Positions 37,442 through 50,146 of a DNA stretch of 64,000 nucleotides are shown here, piece by piece. The stretch covers positions 618,654,889-618,718,888 of the forward strand of contig NC_133618.1 of the NCBI RefSeq assembly GCF_048593235.1, given 5' to 3'. Positions within the stretch are counted from its first letter, which is position 1. Every line of letters starts with the position of its first letter. The notes below the pieces were generated by a model that saw nothing but the letters and a program-made list of their open reading frames with translations, did not search any database and was not told where the DNA came from. The stretch comes from Sminthopsis crassicaudata. Taxonomy: Eukaryota. Made by a program: the position numbers and the translations under genes.

Positions 37442-37883
37442 TGCTGGATCTCGGTCTTTCCAGAAATTAGCCGGAGTCAGGATAATCAAAAGTCTTTATT
37501 CTAGGTCTCTTGAGGTTGCTGTCAGGGGATTAGATCTAGTAATCTCCACACCACTTTCCTCTCTTCACACCACTTTCCTCTCTTCACACCACCTTCCTCT
37601 CTTCACACCACCTTCCTCTCTTCACACCACCTTCCTCTCTCCACACCACCTTCCTCTCTCCACACCACCTTCCTCTCTCCCCAAGGCCAGGAGAATGCCC
37701 TGATTTCCTCCACCTACTCCACCCACATACATCACTTCCCCCTCTTTGTCCCACCAATCAAGTCAGCACAGAACAGCTGGAGAGGGTCAACCTTCAAACA
37801 AGTTAATAGGGAACTGTCCAATTGGCAATTAGTCTCACGTGCTCCATTATCCAAGTGCATTTACTCAGTTCTAGCCCTTTACA
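37442..37883 (-). mobile_element. Solo LTR, 442 bp (family A) with an internal minisatellite
   Basis: Reverse-complement homolog of 8477-8806. TG...CA ends, perfect 6-bp TSD ATAAAA (37436-37441 and 37884-37889), minus-strand AATAAA at 37495-37500. Confidence 0.93.
37547..37679. repeat. 19-bp minisatellite, 7 copies (CACACCACYTTCCTCTCTY)
   Basis: Units start at 37547, 37566, 37585, 37604, 37623, 37642 and 37661. Confidence 0.97.
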
Positions 37884-38192
37884 ATAAAACATATAAAGAA
37901 GGAAAACAATAGGAAAGAATATCAGACATCTCATAAGAAAACCATCTGGAAATCTGGAAAACAGATCAAGAAGAGAAAACATAAAAACAATTGGATGTTT
38001 TCAAAACTATGGTCAAAAATGTATCTTGATATAATTAAAAAATTAAAAAGAAGTCTTAGAATAAAAAGGGAAAGCAAAAATAGAAAAACAAAACAAAACA
38101 AAACACTGATCACCACCTGAAAGACATTCTATGAGGAAATTCTAAGGAACATCATAAATTCTAAAACTCTCAGATCAAGGAGAAAGTATTAT

Positions 38193-38524
38193 TGATGAGG
38201 TTTAGGTTTTGGGGTTCCCTTTTATCAGGAAACCAAATGATAAGGTCTATATTTAGGGATACAAAATGAGATTAAGGTTTCTGGTAGTCAGGGAGTTAAA
38301 TGATGAGGTTTAGTGGCAGGTTCGGGGTTCAGGGAACCAAATGGAGAGGTTTGGCTCCTCTACACCCTCTTGGGATTCTGCGCAAGAATAGGGAGTTTTG
38401 CAAACCCCCTTTGGCAGCACAGAGATTCTCTGTAAAGGAATTTATAAACTCAAAAAGGCCAGACTGAAAAAAAAAAAAAAAAAAAAAAAAGGTTTATTAT
38501 TGGCATTGGGAAGTCAGCTTTTCA
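38193..38524 (-). mobile_element. Partial LTR (family B) inserted in old L1 ORF1
   Basis: Starts TGATGAGgtTTAGGT and is collinear with the 15296 copy. It interrupts L1 gaaagtatt|...|tgcaag. Right end uncertain. Confidence 0.6.
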
Positions 38525-39269
38525 TATGCAAGAATAGAAAGTCTGAATTCCTCAGTGCTTAAATACATGAAAATGTAAACCATATTTCTAAGATGATCAT
38601 TAGTAAATGGATAGGTAAAAAGAAAGATTGAGGTAGAATTAAGCATGATGTGATTTCAAAAAACAAAACTGCATAATAAAAAGTAAAAAAGAATAAATAG
38701 ATTACCTGAATGAGGTACAAAAGAAAAATTGATAGAATTAGAAGAAGGGCTTGTAGTTCTTAAATTCTATTCTATTCTATCTAAATTCTATTCACATAAG
38801 GAATGGCTCAGAGAAGGAGCAATACATATATATGTCTAGAAGGGCAAAAATCTTCCCAATTTATAAAGAAATAAGAAGAGTGGGGAATAGAATCACAGAG
38901 GGGAGTGTAGATTTATAGTAATGGGATAAAGAAGGGTGGGAATAATGGAAAGAAAGGATTGGGGGAGAGAATGAAGGAACCTTGAATAGGTTAAGTAATA
39001 GTAAGGCAAGTAACAATAGAAGTAAAATAGAGGAGTCATCAGGGATAGGAAATAAGATATACAAACAGACATAATAATGATGATCAGGAGTAGCATTTAT
39101 TAAAAAATAATTAAGAATAGTAATCATTGAATCATTGAAAAGTTAAATTTAAAATAGATTCAATTAAAAGAGAAAAATAAGGAAACTTCACTATATGTCA
39201 GCCATATTAATTAATATTGTTTTAGACCACTGAAAACAACCAGTCAATATAAAGTTGAAATACTTCTAT

Positions 39270-39745
39270 GATGTAGGAAATGATGCATTGGTGGATTTAG
39301 AAAAATATGGAAAGATTTGGATGATGATGTTATTCATCTTCAGAGAAACAGAAGACAAACAAGTGTAATACAGTCTTACTAAGATGTATACTAATGTATA
39401 AAAGTGTATAATTATAGATATTTATGTGCATATGTATGTATATATAAACACACACACATATTTAACTATAGCCTGCTTGGGAGAGATAAAGGGGGTTAAA
39501 AGAGGAAGAAGAATAAAGTAAAATTGCACAGTAAAGAACAAATAAAAAACCTGCAAAGAAACAAACAAAAAAAAGATGGATAGTTCTGAATACAATGAAA
39601 AATATTTATTCTATGTGATTTTTTTAAAATGAAAATTTATTGTTTTATATTTCATGTTGTGCATGCAAGGTTTTTTCCCCCTATTCTCTATTTCAGTTTA
39701 AAGTAATTAAGTATAATGTTTTTGTTTTGTTTTGTTTTGTTTTTG
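39270..39745 (+). mobile_element. Old L1 3' end
   Basis: ttagaaaaatatggaaagattt...ttcagagaaacagaa-type 3'UTR. Boundaries approximate. Confidence 0.5.
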
Positions 39746-40880
39746 GTTAAACATCCACTTTTCTAAGGGAACATTATTTTGGGTGCTAAAGGATGAAAGC
39801 TGAACAGTTTGAGGGTAAATTTCTTTGCAATTACCAGGTGAATCTGATCTTTGGGATTTTGCAAAGCAAATCTGTTTGCAACCATATTATCAAAGTGCTA
39901 ACATTTATATTAGACTGGCCATGAAAAATTCCCCATCATAAGAGTTCATTTAAAATTACTTTCACTGGAGAAACTGCTCATATTACAACTTGTGATTTAC
40001 TCAGAAATGCCAAACCACTGAATCCCATTGGATTCTTGTTGTTTCAGTCTTCAAATTCCTCTCTGGGAAATTAATTGCTTGGTCTGAATCAGAGCCTGGT
40101 TTACTTAAAAAAATGTCCTGGGGTCTAAATATTCATCTTCTATAGAAATGGAAGCTAAATAAGCTCAGAAGTAAGAAGGGATTTTTTCCCCTCCATTTGA
40201 CAGGAAGTCTTGAAATCCCCTGTCTAACTGGCTTAAAATGCATGGAAATTAAATAAGTCTAAATGAGGAGCTCAATTAAAAATCTTAAAAAAACAACCTG
40301 GTCACTGTTCTGTTGCTACAGGTTGGCATTTACATTGGAATCTCATAGTTGAATAGCATTATTCAAGGCAGAAGTTTGGCCCCCATCCCTTTTAATTGAA
40401 ACCTGTCTATTAAAAGAAATTGCAATCTGGACTTGAGAAGCCTAACCAGAAACATAGATGGCATCAGTGATGCATTAAGTCTTTTAAAGTACTTCAGTTA
40501 TTTATTGGGACTGAAGTAATTTAGTTCGAGCGATGCAGATTTTACACTGTGTGAGGCAAGCAACATTAGAATTCAAATTGTTTTTACAGAGAATACAAAA
40601 ATCAGAGCAAATTCACATATGGTAATTTAGAGGATCAGCTTTTTCACTCCAGACTTCCAGTTGCTCTCCCTATAGGCTTGCTCACTCTGGCAAGCAATGT
40701 TTCTATGATGACACCTGCGGGGTATAACAATTTTATTTTTCATCTAGACTAAAGGGAAGGGATAATGTATGAGGTCATTCAGGAAGATAGCATGCTGGAG
40801 CCAATATAGACAAATGAATTTTAAGGGAGTTTATTCTATTTGTGTGTTGAGCAGATCTAAGGATCTAAGGAAACTTAGAT

Positions 40881-40965
40881 TAGGGGTGGGGAATATTTAT
40901 TCTGCCAAAGGTCATTTGGATATTTTTAACATCATTCATGGGCTGTATAAAATTTTTAACTTATA
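40881..40965 (+). mobile_element. Terminal fragment of a hAT MITE
   Basis: taggggtggggaatatttattctgccaaaggtcatttggatattttt, preceded by ACTTAGAT (Charlie-type target). The other end is missing. Confidence 0.55.
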
Positions 40966-41689
40966 AAAGTCAAGCAATGAAAAGTTGTTGTATTTAGCTT
41001 TCAGCTCAATATTACTTGTGATAGCCTTAGCATATGATTTCCTGGGCCTTACATGGTTTCTGGGCTGGAGATTCACCACCCCTATCTAAGAAAGTACTCT
41101 TATCTGGAAGACCTGAAGAAAGTAATTTGCATGAATGCTAATGGAACTTTCTTATAAACTTAGCATACTGCATGTTTCAGAAAGGAAATGATGTCTGTAC
41201 GGGATTGCTTTAAAGAAGTACATAAAATATATGTGTTTAAATCTTTTGGGAAGAGTTGTCCCTTTATCTTTGAATAATACAATTTTGACTTATGGTGGAA
41301 ATAGCCCTCTGGAGGTATTAGTTCTCACCATACCCTCTTCCAAAGTTGAAGTCTAGTGTGATAACAAACCAACTCAGTTACCCTGCATGTAACTAGGAAA
41401 TAGGAATTCAAGGTAACCTGGAAATAGATTTATCTGGAGTACTCCAAACCCTAAAACTGAGTCAGAAGTCCTAGAAAAGGTAAGTGGAAACACTATAAGG
41501 CTGAGAAGACCTTTGGCAAAAGACAAACTTATTAGAACAATACAAGAAGAAGGACATGTTGGTTCCACAAGTGACAAAGGGATTGCAAGTGCTATCTGCT
41601 ACAGAAAAAAATAGATAGGGTAGAAGCAACAAAAATGATTTAAATGATAGTGGTAATGAAAGAACCCATGATACTTAATGGGAGTGGGT

Positions 41690-43250
41690 GAGATGAGAGT
41701 TTTAGCAAAATCATGTAGTACTAATATGAAACATCACAAGAGATCTACTGGGGAAAGAAAAACATTGGCATTATCTCTATGCCTAAAGTACAGAAGCTGA
41801 TAATAAATGGGAAGAGTAAATCATGTCCTGGATCTGATTTTCACCAAGAAGGTAGAATTTATGACTAGGGTGGACAAGATACACACCCTAACAAAAAGTC
41901 AATATATCATATTCATATTAAATGAAAGGAAAGTCAGGACTATTCTGACATTCCTGTAGATTTCAAAATTCAGAGAAAGAAGAGGTGGGATTACATGTTT
42001 ATATATATCTCTAGTGAAAAATGTCCCAGGAAGAAATAGTGAAAATGGAATTTTGAAGATATAAAGAAAAAGAATTATTCTGATGAAGCAATGGGGAGAT
42101 CTTTGAACAGTTCAATATAGTGACATACAAACTTACAAATCTAGACTAGATTTTTATTAAAACATACAAAAGATGGAAGCAATGATAGGTAATAAATGAT
42201 AAGAGCAGTACATTCTAAAAGGGTCAGAAGTTCTAAAAATCAAAATAAACTGGGTTTGTTAGAGAAAGTTGAAGAAAACTAAACAATTTTTTTTAAACTT
42301 TAGTTGAAGATCTCGGAATAAAGCTAGATCAAGAAATTTTAAAGTGTGTGGTACGAACTACACTGCTAGAAATACAAATGTAAAATAAAAGACAAGCTCT
42401 ACCTTCAGGAAGTTTATATTCTATTGAAGGTAGACAACAAATGGATAGGAAATGGAAAGTAAGGAGATTGAGGGAAGGGTATTCAAGTTGTGGCAAGATG
42501 GAACAATCTATAAAGCAATAATTGACCCAGCAGAGAAATGAATATGGATAGCATAGACACTTCCTAAAATGGGACCAGCTTAGTAATTCACCAATTAAAA
42601 AAGGGGGCTCAGGCATGGAAACATTTATTTATAAGGTATGAAATGTGCTGTATGGAAGTGGAAGAGTTAAGAGAATTAGGAGGAGAGCCCTAATATGAGT
42701 TGCATTAAGAAAAAGAAGAATTCTATAGTTTAATCTAGATTTTAATTACACATGTAGTAGTAATAATTTATGTTATTCCTTTAGGAAAGATAAAGGTGCA
42801 TTTAGATATAGTCTAGTCAGTGAGATTCTTAAATGACAAATTGGCTGAATCCTAAGAGAAGTCTTATTAATATATCAATTTCAGCTTATCCAATACAAGA
42901 TTTATAGTATGGTGTTCCAAAAATCTATGCTTGACCTTGAATTGTTTAATATTTGAACTGATATCTAGGGATGATTGAGTCATATGGATTTATTTATGGA
43001 ATTATAAGTACTTATGATAGCTATACAAAACCAAGGTCAGCCATTGAAATTGCAGATAAGTTATTAAGTAATATAAATTTAATAATCATTTTTGATAGTG
43101 TAAAGAAATGGTAGAAACTGTGAAAAGGATGACCATAAGGTTCCTAAATTTAACATCTAAATATCTAGGAAGATATGACCTGATGGTTAGAATTATATGT
43201 ATATAAAATCTATATAAATATACATTATACAAGAAGTTTGTTCTCTTTTC
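41690..43250 (+). mobile_element. Degenerate CR1/L3 ORF2 with an L2 fragment inserted at about 42330-42660
   Basis: ctggatctgattttcaccaag (LDLIFT, EN C-terminus) and tatggtgttccaaaaatctatgcttgaccttgaattgtttaatattt (decayed GVPQGS-LGP-LFNIF RT motif). Confidence 0.6.
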
Positions 43251-45519
43251 TAGATTGTCAGATGATAGATCTTTTTACAATCAACACAGTCTTAAAATAT
43301 TCTTGAAAACCTCAAACAATTAGAACTGAAATATCATCATATACCAACCTCTTTTTGACAATTACTTGGAATTAGTCCATTAAAATTTTAAAATAGCATT
43401 TTTAATAGAGGTCACCATGCCAAATATTTATACTTCCCAATATAGAAATCTAGTAGAAATCAAAGTAATGTAATATTTGTCATCCTGCTTGTTACTGTGT
43501 TTTTAATCAAGGTTTTTTAGTGAGTGGGTAGGAGATGAATTTATATCTTAATGCTTCTTAACTGAACAAGATGTTATTTTATCCATCAGTTCAATAGGCC
43601 ATACAATGATAAATATCAAAGAATGATATCAAGTTGGCAAATCTCAGGAAAATGAGGAATTGAATTCCATGGAACTAATTATAAAGAAGAAGAAGGAAAA
43701 GATGGAGAAGGAGAAGGAGAAGGAGAAAATAATGGACAAGTACATCAGTCTCCTCCAGGAAAGACATACTGATGATCATAAAGTTATAAAAGGTTATGAC
43801 TGTTGTTGGCATTGTGAAATTAAAATTTATTGAGAACATATTAAAAGTAATTAACACCTCTGTAATACTAGAGGTATACACTTTCAGAACTGTTAACAGA
43901 TTTTGAAAGTATCCTAACAGAAATGTATATAGAACTAACAAAACATAGGATTGTTTGTCCAAAGGCAGCTATGGAAAGATGAACATTTCTTCTTATAAAA
44001 GAAAAGGATTGATAGATTCCTCAAATCCCACCTATCTATATGCTCCTTCTGGATTTATCCATCAAACTTCAGGGACATATTTATCCTGCAAAATTCCATC
44101 CCTGGAACTTGTATCTTATCAATATCCTTTGTCCCCAGGGCCCTTTTGATTGGAAGATAGAGAGGAGAAAGCTTTTCTCAGATTCTTTATTTAGGAAGGG
44201 ATTCCAAGCAAGCCATCTCTTCTTCATTTCTAATCAGGTTGTATTCTCCTGGACCTAGGCACTTTCCTTTTCTCTCCCTTCTCAGCTTCTTTTCTGTTCA
44301 TTTTCCCTTATTAGATTATAAGCTCTTGACTCTTTTTCTTTTTCATATTTCCCTTCCCAGCCAGTGCTTGGCACATGGGAGATGCTTAATAATTGTTTAT
44401 TGACTAGCTGACATATTAAGCAGATTAAACACTTATAGAAAATGCTTCTGGCACACATAGATATCATTTCAGTGAGCAATAGTAAAGACTGACAATAGGT
44501 ACATGCTATTGAATTTGTAGAATGAAAGTGGAAGTGGCTTACCTCCAGATGGAACCTAGGAAATGGCCAAGATCCAAAGATGGAATCAAAAGCTTTAAAG
44601 TGGGCTATTTTCACATGAACAGAACTAACAAAACACAGATAAAGAAGCTTCAAACAAATAGCTTAGTCATTAAGATGTGTAAAAACTAATGGTATTATGG
44701 ATAGTAATTTAGAACCAGTTTATCTCCATCAGAAAATACAGAATGATTATTTTTAAAATAAACAGGTTTAATGATCAATGAATATTATGAAGAAAAGAGT
44801 AGAAACTGCAGCCATCATTTCAAGGCTGTAAAAATTTAGGATTCACTGATTGCCTAGTAAGACATTACCCTGTGGCTAGAATTAGACATCAGAATTTCAC
44901 TACCTTAAACTAATAGATTATATATCACCATATTGCACACATATAGACCTTAAACTGTTTGGAAACTGGGCCATCCTCAGAGACAGTATTGTTGTCCACA
45001 ATAGCCTAAAAATATTTTTATATGTAGATGTTTAAGAGCATTTGCAATGTCATACTAAACACTGACAAGCTCCAAGTTATGAGAATGAAAAGTTGTACAA
45101 ATGTAGAAATCTAGTAGAAGTATTCAAAATTATGTGGGGAAAGAATAAGACATATATCATCCCCGTCATTTTGTTTGCTATTCGAGTTGTACAAAAATTG
45201 CTTTGGGTAATCTTAAAGATAATGAACTTGCTTCCTACTGTGTTCATTTACAAAAAAGCAGTTATTTTATCTTATTTAATAGTCACATGAATATCAAATA
45301 TAAAATAATGGTATTATAATAGTTATTTGACTCTGACCAGTTTTTATCTAAGCTCTAATGAAAGAGGTGAGATAATACAATAATCATAAGAATAATAACA
45401 ATAAAGAGCTTTGAAGCCTACTTAGCGATCATCTAGTTCAACCTATTTACAAAAGAATAATAAACTGGGGCTTTATATATTTTTAATTATACCTGACTCA
45501 TTGCATTCTCATAATAACC

Positions 45520-46225
45520 ATATAAGAAATATAGTCCAGCTGAACTCACCAGCAGGCTATTGCAATGATCCGAGCATAAGGTCATAAGAGTTTGCACTAG
45601 AGAGGTAGTGCAGAAGGGAAAGGGGGATATGTATTTGAGAAATGCTGCAAATGAGAAATCAGTAGACCTTGCTAACAAAGTGGATATGGTGAGAGATGAT
45701 GAGGAATCCAGGACTCTTAACTGGTAAATCTATGGTATAATATGAGGATGGAATAGCCCTTTTCAGTAATAGGTCACATAGGAGGAGGAAAAAGAAGTAT
45801 TAGGGTGAAAAATAACAAATTCCATTTGGAATATACTGGATTTAAGATGTCTACTGGACATCCAATTTGAGGTGTCTGAAAGGTAATTAAGAGATGTGAG
45901 ATTTGGGAATCAACAAAGAATTTGAGACAGGATTAGAGAATCATTAGTATAGTTATGGTACTTAAATCTGTAAGGGCAGATGACACCACCAGATGAACTA
46001 GTATAGAGGGAAAAGACAAGAGAGTCCAGGACAGAACCCTGAGGGACATGTACTGTTAGAGGGCAAGATCTGGATGACAATCCAGCAAAGGAGAGAGAAA
46101 AAGAGTAGTCAGGTGGATGGAAGGAGAACCTGAAAAAAGAGGTATCTCAAAACTCTTGAAAAGAGTGATCAACAGTGTCAAAGATTGTAGAGAGATCAAA
46201 AAAAAAATGAGAAAAGACCATTATC
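45520..46225 (-). mobile_element. L2 fragment
   Basis: gctattgcaatgatcc...aagatgtctactggacatcc...ggacagaaccctgagggaca are reverse-oriented L2 body motifs. Confidence 0.75.
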
Positions 46226-46299
46226 TCTTATTTATACTATACATAGCTTGCTTTGTACATATTTGTTTGCATATTGTCTTCTGCATTGTATTGGAAGCT

Positions 46300-47142
46300 T
46301 TTTTTTTTGTTGATAGCTTATGTTTATTTCATTTTTTATTAAAGCTTTTTATTTTCAACACATATGCATGGATAATTTTTCAACATTAACCCTTGCAAAA
46401 CCCTGTGTTCCAATTTTACTCCCCCTCTCCCACCTCCCCCAGATAGCAAATAATCCAATATATGTTAAACATGGAAAAATATTATATTAAATTCAATAAA
46501 CTATACATATTCATCAAATTATCTTGCTGCACAAGAAAAATCAAATTAAAAAGGGAAAAAATGAAAAAGCAAACAAAACGCAAACAACAAAAAGAGTGAA
46601 AATGCTATGTTGTGGTCCACACTCAATTCCCATTGTCCTCTCTGGCTGTAGATGGCTGTCTTCATCTCGAGATCATTGGAACTGGTCTGAATCATCTCAG
46701 TGCTGAAAAGAGTCACATTCATCAGAGTTGATCATCTTATAGTCTTGTTGCCATGTACAATGATCTCCTGGTTCTGCTCATTTCACTCAGCATCAGTTCA
46801 TGTAAGTCTCTCCAGGCCTTTCTGAAATCTTCCTGCTGCTCGTTTCTTATAGAACAATAATATTCCGTAACATTCATATACCACAATTTATTCAGCCAGT
46901 CTCCAACTGATGGACATCCACTCAGTTTCCAGTTTCTTGCTATTATAAAAAGGCTGCCACAAACATTTTTGCACATAGGGATCCCTTTCCCTCCTTTAAG
47001 ATCTTTTTGGGATACAGACCCAGTAGAGATGGTGTTGGATCAAAGGATACATCACAGTCTAATAGACCTTTGGGCATAGTTCCAAACTGCTTTCCAGAAT
47101 GGTTGGATCAGTTCACAACTCCACCAACAATGTGTTAGTGAG
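46300..47142 (-). mobile_element. Older 5'-truncated L1 3' end inserted in a plus-strand L2 tail
   Basis: ORF 46737-46976 (ARNWKLSGCPSVGDWLNKLWYM, ORF2 C-terminus). TSD ATTGGAAGCT (46290-46299 and 47143-47152). The L2 tail resumes at 47153-47240. Confidence 0.9.
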
Positions 47143-47984
47143 ATTGGAAGCTCTTTTAAGGCAGAGACTATCTTTTTGTATTTCCTGCACTTAGCACAAT
47201 TCCTGACACTAAAAAGGCGCTTAATTAATGTTGATTGATTGACCTTTACAAATGGGCTAATGCTGTCTCAGGAATCTAAGAACTGATTTTGGAGTTAAGG
47301 TATAAAATGATGTGTTTTGCTAAGTTTTATTTCACCTGTAATCTGAGAAGTTTTCCTGTGTTCACTTGATCTCAGAAATTTCATCAACTGAGTATAAAGT
47401 ATTTGAGAGTCTTTTAAACTACAGCACGCACTAAATGGGAATGAGAAGTAGTATATAGTCCATGGAAACCCTGGCAGGGTTCCTTGTCAGGAAAAAAAAA
47501 ATTGTCAGAATAGATGTTTTAGGATGTGGAGAAAGAAACAGCATGATGGAAAGTGAGAACAAATTTTTTAAGAACTAGATTCCTTAAGTTTCTTTTATAA
47601 GTTTCCATATAGAAAGTCTCCAGGCCTGAGTATACCACAGAGAAGATAATAGAAGTGGATACAGAAAAAGTATATCTTGAAAACAGTCTACTTCATAATT
47701 GTCACTGGGAATCCAGGACTTTGTTAAAGGACATCAATTTCTAGAGGAGGTACATTTTCTTTCCCTCAGGATACTGATATGGAGGTGAAGGGGCAAACTT
47801 TCTTTCAATCTCAGGCATAGTGGGGACCACGGGATGATAGAAGACCAGGAAGAATGGTAGACTCAGTCTTAAAAAATTACTTTTCCTATCGAGACAATCT
47901 TATTTTTGAAATATGCTTCTAAAAATATTCTGGATGACTTCTTTTGAGGCCTTTAACTTGGAAACATAATCTGTTCTTTTTTCC

Positions 47985-47990
<6 letters not shown>

Positions 47991-48062
<72 letters not shown>
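47991..48062. repeat. (AT)n microsatellite
   Basis: Directly visible. Confidence 0.98.
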
Positions 48063-48064
<2 letters not shown>

Positions 48065-48789
48065 CCTGCCCTTCCTAGAGTAATGAATTTCTTAAGAAAT
48101 ATTTGCTAATATCAGCAATGGATATTATTTAGAACTGGTTGTTTCTCTGATAGAACATAAGATGTAGATGGATAAAGGCTCAGAGGTAGAAGGAAAAAGA
48201 ATGATAGTTATATTGTCTGTTTAGAAGTCCTTCTGAAGTTTTTGAGTTCTGGATGTACCTGAATTGAATATTGTAAGACTCTTCTCTCACATTTCCCTCC
48301 CCCTGAAGCAAAAGTGAGTGGAGTGAGTGGAGATCTCAGTGTAGAGTTCTAAAGCATGGTTTGGGGAATTATCTCTTTAATATATCATTTCCAGACCAGA
48401 AACAGTATATTTCCACTAAGTCGGCACATATCCTTAATATCAGGGAAAATCCTATGTTCCTGTAGTTTGCCCTCAGACAAACTCTAGGTTGGAGGAATGG
48501 TAATTAAAGGGCTTTGGATGTTAAATGAATCCCAGTGATAGGGGCCCCTGTACTCCACAATCCCTTGCTAATGGACAAAGCAATGAGACTATGGCTTTTG
48601 CATAAAATTGTTAAATTCTGTTTAGATATCAAATTCTAGTAGAGATTCTTATGCAAATACATATTGAGATTAATGGTCTCTAAAAGCCAGTCCTACTCTG
48701 AGATTCTGTAATATTTACATATAAAATAAACCCTTGTTAGGATTACTCAGCAGAGCAAAGCTATAGCCTCACTGGATAGCTCCAAGGAA

Positions 48790-49640
48790 ATTCTAGATGG
48801 GAAGCTCTGCTGTTAGTTGGACATGGCTGGAGCCTCAGTACGTACCACAGAGACTTGGACCTAACCCACTGTTTGTGGAGTTGGGTTCTGAGCCCATGCA
48901 GACTGAGGGAGCTTTGGCTGATTGGGAACGCCAGGTTGTGGTGTTGAACAGGGTTGGATAAGAAGGAATCAGCCTACTTGGGGAGTACAGGGATGGAATG
49001 CTGTCTGCTGGGAGCACATGCAGGAGGCAGGAGCTTCTGGTTTGGGGTTCCTGATCAGAGGGGATAGCCCAAGAAAAGCTTGAGGATTANNNNNNNNNNN
49101 NNNNNNNNNNNNNNNNNNNNNNNNNNNNNNNNNNNNNNNNNNNNNNNNNNNNNNNNNNNNNNNNNNNNNNNNNNNNNNNNNNNNNNNNNNNNNNNNNNNN
49201 NNNNNNNNNNNNNNNNNNNNNNNNGAAAAAAAAAAAAACTGCAGAAACTTACTATGGGAAGACTGGGGTTCATTTTCAGAAGAGGGCACAAGTAATAAAA
49301 GCTTCTATTCTCAAACAGTAACATGAAAGGACTCCCTGCCCAGAGGGAATTTATAGAAGAACTCAAAAAGGATTTTAAAAATCAAATGAGAGACATGGAC
49401 AAAAAGCCACCAAACAATTAATTAAAAAGATGCAAGAAAAACAAGATGATTGTGAAAAAGAAAGGTAACCAACTAGAAAAGAAGTTAGAATCTCAAAGAT
49501 GAAAATAACTCATTGAAAATTAGAATTGGGCAAAGGGAAGCCAAGAAATAACAAAGAAGATTTCTAAAGACTGAAAAAAATAGAACAGAATGTGAAATAG
49601 AACAATAACAGAACTGGAGATCAAGAAAATATAAGACTAA
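48790..49640 (+). mobile_element. Old L1 5'UTR plus ORF1 N-terminal fragment, spanning a gap
   Basis: gaaacttactatggg, gaagaactcaaaaaggattttaaaaatcaaatgagag and aaaattagaattgggcaaaggg ORF1 motifs. Confidence 0.7.
49090..49224. other. Assembly gap (135 N)
   Basis: Run of N. Confidence 1.
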
Positions 49641-50146
49641 TTGGACTGCCTGAATTAAGATTTTATTCTATTTCTAGTTGTATTGTATATGCAATATAAG
49701 CTCCTCAGGGAGCTCACAGTCTAGTTGGAAAGCCAAGAAGAAACCGCTTGAAACAAAGAAAGCAAGACAAAAATTTGCAAATGCCAAAAGGTATGATGCA
49801 AACTGTAAGTGGGAGTGTCCTATACTAATGAATCACAGAACCATTGTGAATACATGGGAGTTCTGGGACCAAGTGCTCTAGCAGCAAAGGGTTTAGAGGA
49901 AAATATAGGTATAGTTGATTAGATTTTGAGCTGTGTGAAAAAAAAATATAGATAACAAAAGATAAATAAAGATAAAGAAGAAATGCATTTTAGGTATAAA
50001 AATTAGCCAGTATGAGATGCAGTGAGGAATATCATGAGTGTGGAATAGTAAATTAGATACTATGACTAGATTAGTGAGTATGGAAAGGAAAAAAAAATTA
50101 TAAGAAGATTAGATGGGTAAGGAAATGGTCAGACTATGAAGAATTT

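Larger units (their letters stand above)
36560..39130 (+). mobile_element. Old L1 5' portion (5'UTR, decayed ORF1, inter-ORF region) carrying two LTR insertions
   Basis: accatagaaacttactat and aaagactttaaaaatcaaatgagag ORF1 motifs are shared with 49240-49400 and 56300-56460; gatcaaggagaaagtatt RRM-region motif. Ends approximate. Confidence 0.7.

Noticed and set aside
37547-37679. CRISPR-like array
   Set aside because: Head-to-tail tandem units with no spacers, in a eukaryotic LTR.
41346-41479. Exon ending at strong donor aag|gtaagt
   Set aside because: Stops in all three frames, and it lies next to a CR1 remnant.
48461-48790. Separate LTR
   Set aside because: It has a TG start and AATAAA, but no CA end with a TSD; it may be part of the adjacent L1 5'UTR.
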